Assembly (NCBI RefSeq): GCF_006345805.1 | Contig: NC_043021.1 | Location: 17,236,001-17,300,000 of the forward strand | Source: Octopus sinensis | Lineage: Eukaryota | Direction: 5' to 3' | DNA: 64,000 bases | In this document: piece by piece, positions 52,578 to 64,000 of the stretch | Layout of the letters: the number at the start of each line of letters is the position of its first letter | Position numbering within the stretch: position 1 is the stretch's first letter | Notes under the pieces: model-generated | Seen by the model: the letters and a program-made list of their open reading frames with translations, nothing else | What the model was told of the DNA's origin: nothing | Databases searched by the model: none | Translations under genes and position numbers: made by a program

Positions 52578-53397
52578 TAAAGGCGGTGAGCTGGCAGAAT
52601 GGTTAGCGCTTTGGATAAAATGTTAAGTGGAATTTTGTTTTTCTGGCTCTTTTAATGTTCTGAGTTCAAATTCTGCCGAGGTCCACTTCTGCCTTTCATC
52701 CTTTCTGGGGGTCGATAAAATAAAGTACCAGTTACGGTACTGGAATCAATGTAATCAACTAACTTCCCACCCACTCTTGAAGAATGACTGGCCTTGTGCC
52801 TAAATTTGAAACTTAGAGTTATTCCAAAAAAAAAAAAAAAATGGAGAACCGAAAAAATTCCCGAGATCTTTTTTTCGGTGAAGTTTCACCTACGAAAAAA
52901 CAAAGAAAAAAAGGAAAAGAAAATAACAAAACAAAATAAAACAAAGAAGCATCAACATACTTCTTCATGAGATAGAAAACAGCTTAAAAAAAAACAAACA
53001 AAAAGAATGAAAAAAAATGAGACTGTCCTCCAAGATATTTTGTCTATCCTGTGGTTTGTGTTGTCGGTAAATAAAAGAACTCAATACTTGAGACTACGTT
53101 TCGTCTCAAGATTACAATAGATAAAAACTTTTGATACTTTTTCATTTTTTTCTTGCACGCTTTATTATTATTATTATTATTATTGTTATTATTTAAGGCG
53201 GCCTGCTGGCAGAATCGTTAGCATGTCAGACAAAATGCTTAGCGGTATTCCGCCCGTCGCTACATTCTGAGTTCAAATTCCGCCGAGGTCGACTTTGCCT
53301 TTCATCCTTTTTGGGGTTGATGAAATAAGGACCAGTTGAGCTCTGGGGTCGATGTAATTGACTAACACCCTCTTCCCTTGGGCCTATTGTAAAAATG

Positions 53398-53436
<39 letters not shown>

Positions 53437-54107
53437 TGTTATTAGTGTTGTTAAGGTGGGGAACTGGTCGAATCATTAGCATGTTGAATGAAATGCTTAG
53501 CAGCATTTATTCCGGCTTTTTACGTATCAAGCTCAAAAACCACTGAGGATAACTTGGCCTTCCATCCCTTTGTGGGTCGCTAAAATAAAGTACCAGTCAG
53601 ATACTGGGGATTAATATAATCGACTTACATCCACTCCTCACCTCTCTCAGAAATGTCAGGCCTTGTGCCTAGAATAGAATTACTATTATTATTATTATTA
53701 TTATTTTCTGGCTCTTTATGTTTTGGGTTCAAATCCCGCTGAGGTCAAATTTGCCTGTCATCCTTTCAGGGGGTTGATGAAATTAAATACCAGCGAAGCA
53801 CTGGGGGGGGGGGCAATGACATCGACCACTCCCCATTCCCCTACCAACTTCAGAATTGCTGGCCTTGTGCCAAAATTAGAAACAGTGATTGTAAATTTCT
53901 TTTTTTTTTTGTGTAATTTTTATTTTTTGAAAAGCTTATTTTTATTTTTTTCCCATTTGCTTTTTATTCTTTCCCCATCTCCACCACCAGCTTTCAAGAT
54001 TGCTTTCCTTCTTACGTATTATATAAAATACATATATGTATGCGTCTCTCTAATCTGTAATATATACATATACACACACACATACATACATATATATATA
54101 TTATATA

Positions 54108-54151
<44 letters not shown>

Positions 54152-54784
54152 ATATATAAATGCATATGTGTATGCGTTGATAATCTGTATTAACCAACCT
54201 ACATCTTACAAAAAAAACGTAAAAAAAAACAAGAAACAGGAAACTAAAAAAAAAAAACAAAAACAACAGGGATTTAATATTTTTGCTGTTTTTTTCTTTT
54301 AATTTTTATAATAATAATAATAATTATTATTATTACTATTATAGTGATTGATTAATATATATATATATATTGATTTCAATATTTAGCTTCCTCCCCACCC
54401 CCTTTCCACCCTTCATCAATATTTCTGAGTACTAAAATTGTGAAATTAAAAAATTTTTAATACTCTACTAATAAATATATGTATATTTATATACACTCTA
54501 AAATATTGAGTATTCTTAATTTTCTTGTTTTCAATATTCTATATTAGACACAGTCACTCGCATATCTATTGAAAAATTATTTGTTTTGATTATATATTTT
54601 AATTCCTTTTGGTGAAAAATGCATTAGATTCTCTTGTGTTTATTTTACATTTTAAAAATTTCTATATCTGGACTACTGTACTGTTGAGGCCAGACAAAGA
54701 CACAAGCGTATCCGTAACTGTTCCTCATCTCTGAAACAAAAACCAACACGAACTCAGTTGTGAAATTATTTTCAATTTCTTTTA

Positions 54785-55040
54785 TGTGCCGGTGGCACAT
54801 AAAAGCACCATCCGTTCGTGGCCGTTTGCCAGCTCTGTCTGGCACCTGTGCGGGTGGCACGTAAAAGTAAAAAGCACCCACTACACTTACGGAGTGGTTG
54901 GCGTTTGGAAGGGCATCCAGCCGTAGAAACACTGCCAGATCTGACTGGACCTGATGAAGCCTTCCGGCTTCACAGACCCCAGCTGAACCGTCCAACCCAT
55001 GCTAGCATGGAAAACGGACGCTAAACGATGATGATGATGA
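54785..55040 (+). mobile_element. RTE-tail short retroelement with (GAT)n tail
   Basis: GAGTGGTTGGCGTT..GAAGGGCATCCAGC..CCCATGCTAGCATGGAAAACGGACG..(GAT)n; copies at 10600-10780, 19430-19742, 27635-27850(-), 33652-33830(-), 34508-34685(-). Confidence 0.75.
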
Positions 55041-56846
55041 TCTCCCCTTCTCACACAGGGTAGCTAACAATTACCGTTAGGTTTTTGTTTTCTTTCTCTG
55101 TGGCGGAAGGAAGTCTTAGTAACTTAAGAATTTATCCTGCACAGTATCGAGTACCCTTACGTTATGTATGCATGAAGTATTTTGGCTTTTTTTCTAATGT
55201 CAGTATGAACAAGAAACCGTGATCCATCGTAGAATTAAACCAAAGGTACCATCAGACATAAAAAAAACGGAATATTTAGTGAATGTTGTTTTCTCCCATT
55301 TATTCTGGTCCTCTGTCATCACTCTCTTTCTGGATCACATAAAACTTCTATCCTCTCCTTCGTTTCTCAATCACCTTGCTTAAAATACTGCACTTATCAT
55401 TCATCCCTTCATCACTCTCATCACGTTATTCATACCTCTATCACTCTTGTATGTCACTCTGTAGTGAGACTGTTGAGCAGAGACATGGTGTTGTGAGGTC
55501 CCTTTAGTTCTGCCAAGGACACAGATAATGCTGATGTCACAGAAAGCAAACCCAGTAGACTGTGGAGGATTCATTAGTTATATCGAGGACGAGGCCACTA
55601 CTCTAGTGTTGGTGTCACGAAGCGGGGGGGAAAAACCCCCCACTAAGCACGCTCTGTGAAGTGGTTGGCGTTAGGAAATTCAGCTGTAGAAACCGAGCCA
55701 AACTCAAACGTGAGGGAAATGAGATGCCCTACTTTTCTAGATAGGCAGCGCCCTTGAATACGTGCTTCTACTAGTCGTGATGTTTCATCCAACCCATGTC
55801 AGCGAGGAAAGTAACTGAAAAACCAGGATCATAGTTATCGTATCGCTTTTTCTATCTGTATTTCATATTTTCTTAGAGATCCTTTGAAGTTTATTTGGAA
55901 CTAAACATTAATGGCTCGAGGAATGTTTCGCTTCCAAACAAACTATGGAAATCATGAGGAGAGAGTTAATAACAAAAAGAAGAAAAAAATATATAAGTAA
56001 TGTGCCGTTGTTTTTAATACGTTTATTTATTTCCCCCCCACTTTGTTTGGAAGGGAGCTGTAGCTCCTTCGACCATTGATTTTCAGGGCCCTGAGACTGA
56101 TTGGAGAAAGGAAGCTATTTTCAAACCAGAGATCTGGCTTAAATACTTTAAACCGGACTAAACTCTGCCAAAAGCATCGAAGGATAAGACGGAACAATGT
56201 GGTTACTAAGCAGACCCTAAACCAGGCAACAAGAAACAGCCCTAGGGACCAATTTAAGGAATTAATGGTGGGGATTTTCTTGTAAAGTTACATCCAACAT
56301 TATAGGAATCAGTTTCCTTATTTTACTTGTCAGTTTTTTTACTGCTGCCATGCTGGAGCAACTCTTTGAAAGGTTTTTGTAAAAAAAAAAAACAACCCCC
56401 AGGACTTATTCTTTGTAAGTCTAGTACTTATTCTATGAATATCTTTTGTCGAATCGCTAAGTTACAGGGACATAAACACAGCAACATCGGCTGTCCGGCG
56501 ATGGTGGACACACACACACACGACGGGTTACTTTCAGTTTTCGCCTACCAAACCCACTCGAGGCTTTGGTCGGTCCGAGGCTGTAGTAGAAGACACTTGC
56601 CCAAGGTGCCATGCAGTGGGACTGAACCCGGAACCCTGTGGCTGGGAAGCAAGCTTCGTACCACACAACCATGCATCTATTGATGTAGAAAACAATAACA
56701 AAATCCGTTGATGCTAACTGGTTCTGTTGTCTTCCCTCTCGGATTAGTTGCTTACGATGCCTAGTACCGATGGTTTGTGCGTTAGCAAGAGATCAAATGT
56801 AGAAGGCGGTCAGCGAGAAATCTTTTGTGTGTTACATTTGCTAAAT

Positions 56847-58602
56847 TTCAAACTTTAAGCCAGTCTGCTATATAAATATCGAAACTAACATAACCGAAGA
56901 TATTTTTAGACACGAATGATTATTTCCCTCTCAACCAGAAACAGAAATATTCAATAGAAAGTACATCAATGGAGCTACACCTGCACAATTATTTCACAAC
57001 CCTCGGAGTGTGAAGCTCCTCACGACCGCAGGTTCGTCAGATGGTTGTGATCTGTAAACAGTTTTGCCTAGTAGGAACCGGAAAGAGAAGTATGAACACG
57101 CAATGCGCTTGTCAAAATAAAACGGAAGGGAATAATAAAAAACGCTATGTCAAACAAGTTATATGATGATTTGCATGCAGCGTCTGGCTCCACTATCACG
57201 CAGCCTCGCTGCAGTTTTCTTGTTTCTTTTATAATCTATCAAAACGACTTTTAAGGGAGGTGAACATGAGTTATATTCGCTTAAGCAGTGCGTAACAAAA
57301 AATAGTCGTTCATATAATCAGTCTTAAGTTCGTAAAAACACCTTTTTCGTATACAGAGTACAAATCTTAAAAGCTTTGGGGCAGGATTCGTTTTGATGCA
57401 GTAAATTCAAAAGGATGTTAAAACTATTAATTCCATTGTTTATTTTTTATAGAATTTAGATAGCGTCACGGCGTTCTTCTTTTGAAGTGTGGTTATCGTA
57501 GCCATTTCTGAAATATCCCATAGTCATCACTATATAATATCTGTGTGAAAAGTCATCACTATATGGATGGAAGCACTCCGTCGGTTACGACGTTGAGGGT
57601 TCCGGTTGATCCGAATCAACGGAACAGCCTGCTCGTGAAATTAACGTGTAAGTGGCTGAGCACTCCACAGACACGTGCACCCTTAACGTAGTTCTTGGGG
57701 ATATTCAGCGTGACACAGAGAGTAACAAGGCCGGCCCCTTGAAATACAGGTACAACAGGAACAGGAAGTAAGAGTGAGAGAAAGTTGTGGTGAAAGAGTA
57801 CAGCAGGGATCACCACTCCCTGCCGGAGCCTCGTGGAGCTTTCAGGTGTTTTCGCTCAATAAACACTCACAACGCCCGGTGTGGGAATCGAAACCGCGAT
57901 CCTATGACCGCGAGTCCGCTGCCCTAACCACTGGGCCATTGCGCCTCCACCATCACTATATAATATGTGTGTGAAAAGTCTGGCTGCATACACGTTAGCA
58001 TATGTCAGGAGCATACAATTGACAACACAGTTAATTAAGATTTATTCAGTGAGTTCTATTCAACACATGTTTACACGTGGAATCCATTAGATGAAGGCAT
58101 TTTCAAAGTTTTGGCCGATAAAGTTGAACTGAAAAACCCTACAACGAGGCATGAATTGCACGAAGCCGTCTTGCAGTCTTGGCAAGAGCTATCTGAGCGG
58201 AAAATTCGTGGATGTATTCAACATCAAACTCGTGTTTGGCGCCAAATAGTTGACTGTCGTGGTGGTAACAGATTCGTGTAATAAATTTTGTGCTTATTTT
58301 TGTTTCATAATATATATTTTTTCGGATGCAGCCAGACTTTTCACACAGTAACGAGCTAACTATCAAGTTGCTGAATATACGAACGTTCGTTTTTTGTTAC
58401 GTATTAAGCGAGTATAACTCTATGTTCAGTTAGTGTTACCTCCCTTAAAAGTCGTTTTGTGCAGATGTAGCCCCCTTGACATAGCTTCTGTTGAATATTT
58501 CCCAGTTTCTGGTTGAGAGGGAAATGTTCATCCAAGTCTAAAAATATCTTTGTCTGTTTTAGTTCTGACATTTATAAAGAAGGGTAGCTTAAGCCATTGA
58601 AT
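56847..58602. mobile_element. Long-TIR DNA element with nested SINE and Tc1-like MITE
   Basis: 56847-56962 is the reverse complement of about 58480-58602, and 57240-57302 of about 58388-58460; inner TIR pair GTGTGAAAAGTCTGGCTGCAT (about 57969) / ATGCAGCCAGACTTTTCACAC (about 58326). Confidence 0.7.
57565..57950 (-). mobile_element. tRNA-derived SINE, family 3
   Basis: Minus-strand head GGAGGCGCAATGGCCCAGTGGTTAGGGCAGCGGACTCGCGGTC..GGTTTCGATTCCC with A/B boxes; relatives at 18975-19335(+), 14355-14600(-), 30715-31035(+), 37835-38125(-). Confidence 0.8.
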
Positions 58603-59104
58603 GTTGCGGCTTTTTTAATAAAATTATGTTTACTTGCCTGTGTCGAAAATTAATTTTAATGAATTTAATATTAGTATGGGCTCGTGAGGGCGCTATGTGA
58701 GAATTGTTCGACTATCCATCTTAAATACTGAAGGTAATAAAATAAAGATCATTAATTATAGACAAAAAAAAACCCAACAAAAACTTGTATTGTATTTCTC
58801 CGTTTGATGGGGGTTTGTGTGCAAGACTACAAGCGATTCCTTAAACGAAAATATCTGAAATTTTTGCCAAATGCACACAGGTGTGGCTGTGTGGTAAAAA
58901 ACTTGCTTCCTAACCATATGGTTCTGAGTTCAGTCCCACAGCGTGGCATCTTGGTCAAGTGCCTTCTACTATAGCCTCGGGCTGACCAAAGCCTTGTGAG
59001 TGGATTTGGTAGACGGAAACTGAAAGAAGCCTGTTGTATACATACATACATACACACATATATATAGTTGAAATTTACGGAAAAACAAATAGACGAAGAC
59101 AAGT

Positions 59105-59145
<41 letters not shown>

Positions 59146-59229
59146 TAGCTTAGCGGTTCGGCCACAGAGACCGATAGAATAGCCTTGTGAGTGGATTTGG
59201 TAGACGAAAACTGAAAGAAGCCCTTCGTA

Positions 59230-59267
<38 letters not shown>

Positions 59268-60269
59268 GTGTGTGTGTGTATGTTTGTGTGTCTGTGTTTG
59301 TCCCCCCCAACGTCGCTTGGCAACCGATGCTGGTGTGTTTATGTCCCTGTAATCTAGCAGTTCGGCAAAAGAGACCGATAGAATAAGTACTAGGCTTACA
59401 AAGAATAAGTTCTGGGTCGATTTGCTCGACTAAAGGCGGTGCTCCAGCATGGCTGAAGTCAAATGACTGAAAGAAATAAAAGAATAAAAGAAAAGAATAT
59501 ATATATATATATATGTAGCACAATAATTTAAATCTATGGGAATAAAGTTAATTGTACGGTACATCATTGTTTCAGTATATGATGGATGGGTGAGGGATTA
59601 ACAGAGGACTAAATCATCTCTACATTACTGTTCCAATATATCTGGATGTTCAAAGGAAAATGAATAAATAAGGAACAGGATCAGCTGTACATCACTGTCC
59701 CATTATAGCTGGATGCTTAAAGGAAGAAGGATTAATAATAAGCAAATGGAACGGAACATTGCCGAAAAGATTAAGACGTAGATAAGCAGAAATAGGTTTA
59801 ACTTGTGCTCTGTAAGAAAATGTAATGAATCCACATCAGATATTTATAATGACGAAACATTTGCAACATGTTAGCGAAGAGAAAAACTTCAGCTTTGCGT
59901 TAGACAAAGACGTTTTCCTTTCCGATCCATTCCATGTAAAACAGAAATGTAAAAGCAGAAGAATCAGGCGATTTTTTTGTTTTAATATTTAGGATTAAAA
60001 AGACACAAGATCAAAACCTGATGTTTTAAATGTCGATATAGATTTAAATTGTAAGAACGTGGTGGATTTGTTTTTAAATGTCAACAGAAAGAGATAAAAA
60101 GCGTAAAACCTGTTGTTTTAAATGGCATGAGATAAAAAAGGTAAGAACCTGATGTTTTAAATGACAACAAAGATAAAAAAACAATGGAAAGAACCCGTTG
60201 GATTTGTTTTTAAATGTGAAAGAAAACGATAATAAAACGAAAGTATTTAGTATTTTAAATCTCAACAAA

Positions 60270-60680
60270 GGCGCAGGAGTGGCTGTGTGGTAAGTAGCTT
60301 GCTAACCAACCACACGGTTCCGGGTTCAGTCCCACTGCGTGACATCTTGAGCAAGTGTCTTCTGCTATAGCCCCGGGCTGACCAATGCCTTGCGAGTGGA
60401 TTTGGTAGACGGAAACTGAAAGAAGCCTGTCGTATATATGTATGTATATATATATATATGTGTGTGTTTGTGTGTCTGTGTTTGTCCCCCCAACATCGCT
60501 TGACAACCGATGCTGGTGTGTTTACGTCCCCGTCACTTAGCGGTTCGGCAAAAGAGACCGATAGAATAAGCACTGGGCTTACAAAGAATAAGTCCCGGGG
60601 TCGATTTGCTCGACTAAAGGCGGTGCTCCAGCATGGCCGCAGTCAAAATGACTGAAACAAGTAAAAGATAAAAGAGAAAA
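60270..60680 (+). mobile_element. tRNA-derived SINE, family 1 (full length)
   Basis: Same structure as 32134-32535; further copies near 4275-4628(+), 5476-5828(-), 9400-9740(+), 24538-25095(+), 27220-27490(+), 56325-56672(-), 58878-59495(+). Confidence 0.85.
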
Positions 60681-60737
60681 AAGTTAAAAAAAAAAGAATC
60701 TGACGAGATTATTTTTGATTTCAACAGAAACATTTTG

Positions 60738-61445
60738 GGAGGATGCCCTTCCTAACGCCAACCACTCCGAGAGTGTAGTGGGTGCTTTTACGTGCCACCG
60801 ACACGAGGGCCAGTTTGGTGGTACTGGCAACGGCCACGCCCAAATGGTGCTTTTTACGTGCCACCTGCACAGGAGCCAGTCCAGCGGCACTGGCGACGAC
60901 CTCGCTCGAATATTTCACGTGCCACCAGCACAAGTGCTAGTAAGGCGACGCGGTAACGATCAAGTTCGAATGGTGTGCTTAACGTGCCATCGGCACGAAG
61001 GCCAGCTTGTTGCTCTGGTAACGAACTCACTCGTACGGTACTCTTAGCGCTCCACTAGCAACGGATGCCAGTCACCGAATTTGATTTTGACTTCGATTTC
61101 ACTTGCCTCAACTGGTCTTCGCAAGCAGAGTTTAGTGTCCAATGAAGAAAAGGTACACATAAGTGGGCTGGTTACACCCCTAGCATAGGCCACAAGGTTA
61201 TGGTCACACTTGCGCTTACCGAGTCCCGGTCACTAGTCATTGCTTCGGTGAGGCCCAATGTTTGAAGGTCATGCTTCACCACCTCATTCCAGGTCTTCCC
61301 GGGTCTACCTCTTCCACAGGTTCCCTCAACTGCTAGGGTGTAGCACTCTTTCATACAGCTATCCACATCCATTCTCGCCACATGACCATACCAGCGCAGT
61401 CGTCTCTCTTGCACACCACATCTGATACTTCTTAGGTCCAACCTA
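60738..61445 (-). mobile_element. 5'-truncated RTE-clade LINE (ORF C-terminus and 3' UTR)
   Basis: ERRLRWYGHVARMD...VEGTCGRGRPGKTWNEVVKHDL is typical of the RTE ORF C-terminus; the 3' UTR matches the tail of the local (GAT)n-tailed short repeats. Confidence 0.85.
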
Positions 61446-62363
61446 TATATACATTCATATATCTATACATGATGGCTGCTCCCTCGTTATTGAGTATGGC
61501 CATTGCACAAAGCTTAACTGTTATTGGTACTGAGATAGAATGTGACTTTTATTTGCTTTTCAGTTGAGACTCACAGCACTATCAACAATCATGAACAATG
61601 TTATTATCGTGCAATGCCTGTGCAAAAAGATTTTTTTTAAAGTGAGGAAAGGCTGTGCACTGAGTCAATCCCTCTCACTAAGCAACAGCAGCCATAATCC
61701 GAAAAGAAGAACAAGCCAGCATCATCGGAAACCACTGAGCCGCAGGTTTTGTGTCGGAGTTATCCCAGTTACCTGAGTTACCTTCTCCTAGAAGGATGTC
61801 CTAACAAGGGCTAGGAGTCCTTCACTTCCAATGGTTTAACCGCGCGATCGGGTATTCAGTCCGATTATTTCTGTCCCCGCGCATGATACAGCCTTGAGCC
61901 TTAAGAAAAAAAAATACACATATATTGGATGGCCGTTGACTCTCAAGAGTTCCTCCGCCCTTTGACGGGTTTTGTTTTTCATCCTGCAGGGTGTCCAATA
62001 AACACCCTCCTCACCAAGTAAGCTTGGTGGGGTTGCCGGTTTAGACGCCGACGGCCCGACCATGCAACAGGTTGTACTGGGTTACATGTTACCAGTAGCA
62101 CACGAAAGTGACCTGACATGTACAAATATATATACAAACATACATATAAATATACATACATATATATATATATATGTATGTATATATATATATATATAAT
62201 ATATATATATATAATATATATATATATATTATATATATATATATATAATATATATATATACATACATACATACACACATATATATATATATAAGAATTAA
62301 ATACATACATACACACACACCACACACACACATATATATATATATATACATACATACATACAT

Positions 62364-62433
<70 letters not shown>

Positions 62434-63184
62434 GTATGTATGTATTTAATTCTTATATAATCAAAAATTACACTGTTTGAAAGGTATTTGTAGAAAATTT
62501 CTTCGAAACAAATATCCATTTTTTTGTTTTAAGTGACGAGGAAACAAAATGCGAGGTGAGGGACACACATCATGTCCGGATGTCAATATACCTCTAGGAA
62601 GTTATAAAGAAACAAAATCGAAGGAGTAATTATGCCAAATTGTTATATACAAAAATAAAATATTAAGCTTTTTTCTTACTTCTGTTTGGAGTTATTTCTT
62701 CTAAAACGAGCGGCAACGTGTTGACACGCCATAGCGTGAATGTCGTCTGCTTTGTTTGAATGTCGTCTGCTTGTTTCATTTAATGACGTGATGATATATA
62801 TCCTTTAAACAGTGTTCCTTTTATTTTTCTCTGTTGTATTTTATTCTATCTTATTTTAATTTTTAATAAAAAAGTGTCTAAATTTATTGAAATAAATAAG
62901 TTAACACCGGATAAGAAAGCAAAAGAGGAAAAATAAAAAAAAAAACATTGTTATAAACTATCACAATAACAATTTTTATTCTCTAACTCTCGCTTTGCTC
63001 TGTCGTTTGACACCAGCACAACTTATATCGAATGTGTGTGTGTGTGTATGAATATGTGTATGTGTGTATGTGTGTGTATGTGTGTGTGTGTTTACCTATT
63101 ATTATTGTTTAGTAAATAAACTACGGCCGTGCTGGAGCACCACTTTCAAGAATTTTAGGCACACCAACACAAATATGTCCCCCC

Positions 63185-63878
63185 CACCCACCTCACCCCA
63201 ATTTTGTTTCTTCATAACGTCCAGAAAAATGAATATTCTTCAATAATAGTTTTCTGCAAGTACGCTTTGGATAATGTAAATTCCAAATACATCGTAATTT
63301 GCTTTGGAAAGGAATATTTCCCAAGGCTAGGGAGAAGAATTTCTGTAAATTCAAACGAATCGGCTTTGTTTCCTCATAACATTTAGAAAAATGGATATTT
63401 TGTAACTGAAATTTTCTACAAATACCCATCAGATAATGTAGATTACCATTATATCGGAATTTAATTGGAAAAATAAAGTTCTTGGGCACGTACAGATACA
63501 TACTCACATACGTCGCAATTTTCTTCGAAATTTCAAGTTTTATTTCGTAGATGTCGTGTGTCAGTATGTATGTTGTGCCAGCCGACCAATTAATTTTCAT
63601 ATTAAATTCCGATATAATCATCATCTACTCCATCTGAACGGTATTTGTAAAAAATTTCATTAAAAAATATCCGTTTTTCTGAAAGTTATGAGGGGGAAAA
63701 AGCCGACTCGTGTGAATTTTCCGAAATTCCTCTCCTTGTTCTAGGAAACATTTTTTCCAAAACAAATTCCGATGTAGTTGGCATCTACACCATCTGAAGC
63801 GCATTTGTAGAAAACTCCATTGAAGGATATCCATTTCTCTGGAAGTTATGAGGAAACAAAGTCAAGTGGAGGGCACAC
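63185..63878. mobile_element. Foldback/MITE-like element with long internally repeated TIRs
   Basis: About 63185-63445 is the diverged reverse complement of about 63620-63878; a related single arm lies near 62480-62570. Confidence 0.65.
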
Positions 63879-64000
63879 TTGTGTTTTTATATCTAATTCC
63901 AGCACTGCCCATCACTTGTTTTTGGTTTTTACAAACCCGGGACACTTATTTTATCATCATCATCATCACCACCACCACCACCACACCACCACCACCACCA

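Noticed and set aside
53088-53111. Small perfect hairpin CTTGAGAC-tacgtttc-GTCTCAAG
   Set aside because: 8-bp stem is expected by chance in 64 kb; no known element recognised.

Overview
AT-rich, microsatellite- and SINE-dense eukaryotic genomic DNA; the repeat landscape is most consistent with an octopus (coleoid cephalopod), which is an inference. The window holds one protein-coding gene, a calsyntenin (CLSTN1/Cals/CASY-1 family) on the + strand. I traced 15 GT-AG exons by hand from 10132 to the stop at 41367 with matching intron phases (about 966 codons): two cadherin repeats, a LamG/LNS domain, a membrane-proximal region, one TM helix and a cytoplasmic tail with two W-acidic motifs. The start/signal-peptide exon was not found. 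Nearly all ORFs in the supplied track are microsatellite or SINE artefacts. Points worth follow-up: (1) the 133-nt juxtamembrane exon is present in two identical tandem copies, and including both would put a stop before the TM helix (either a real switch or an assembly artefact); (2) a near-canonical minimal type I hammerhead ribozyme on the sense strand of the pre-TM intron, plus two more degenerate ones; (3) two head-to-head GAPDH retrocopy fragments forming a hairpin; (4) several long intronic palindromes; (5) head-to-tail SINE chains linked by (ATT)n. Mariner, hAT, piggyBac-like, Helitron and RTE remnants are also present.
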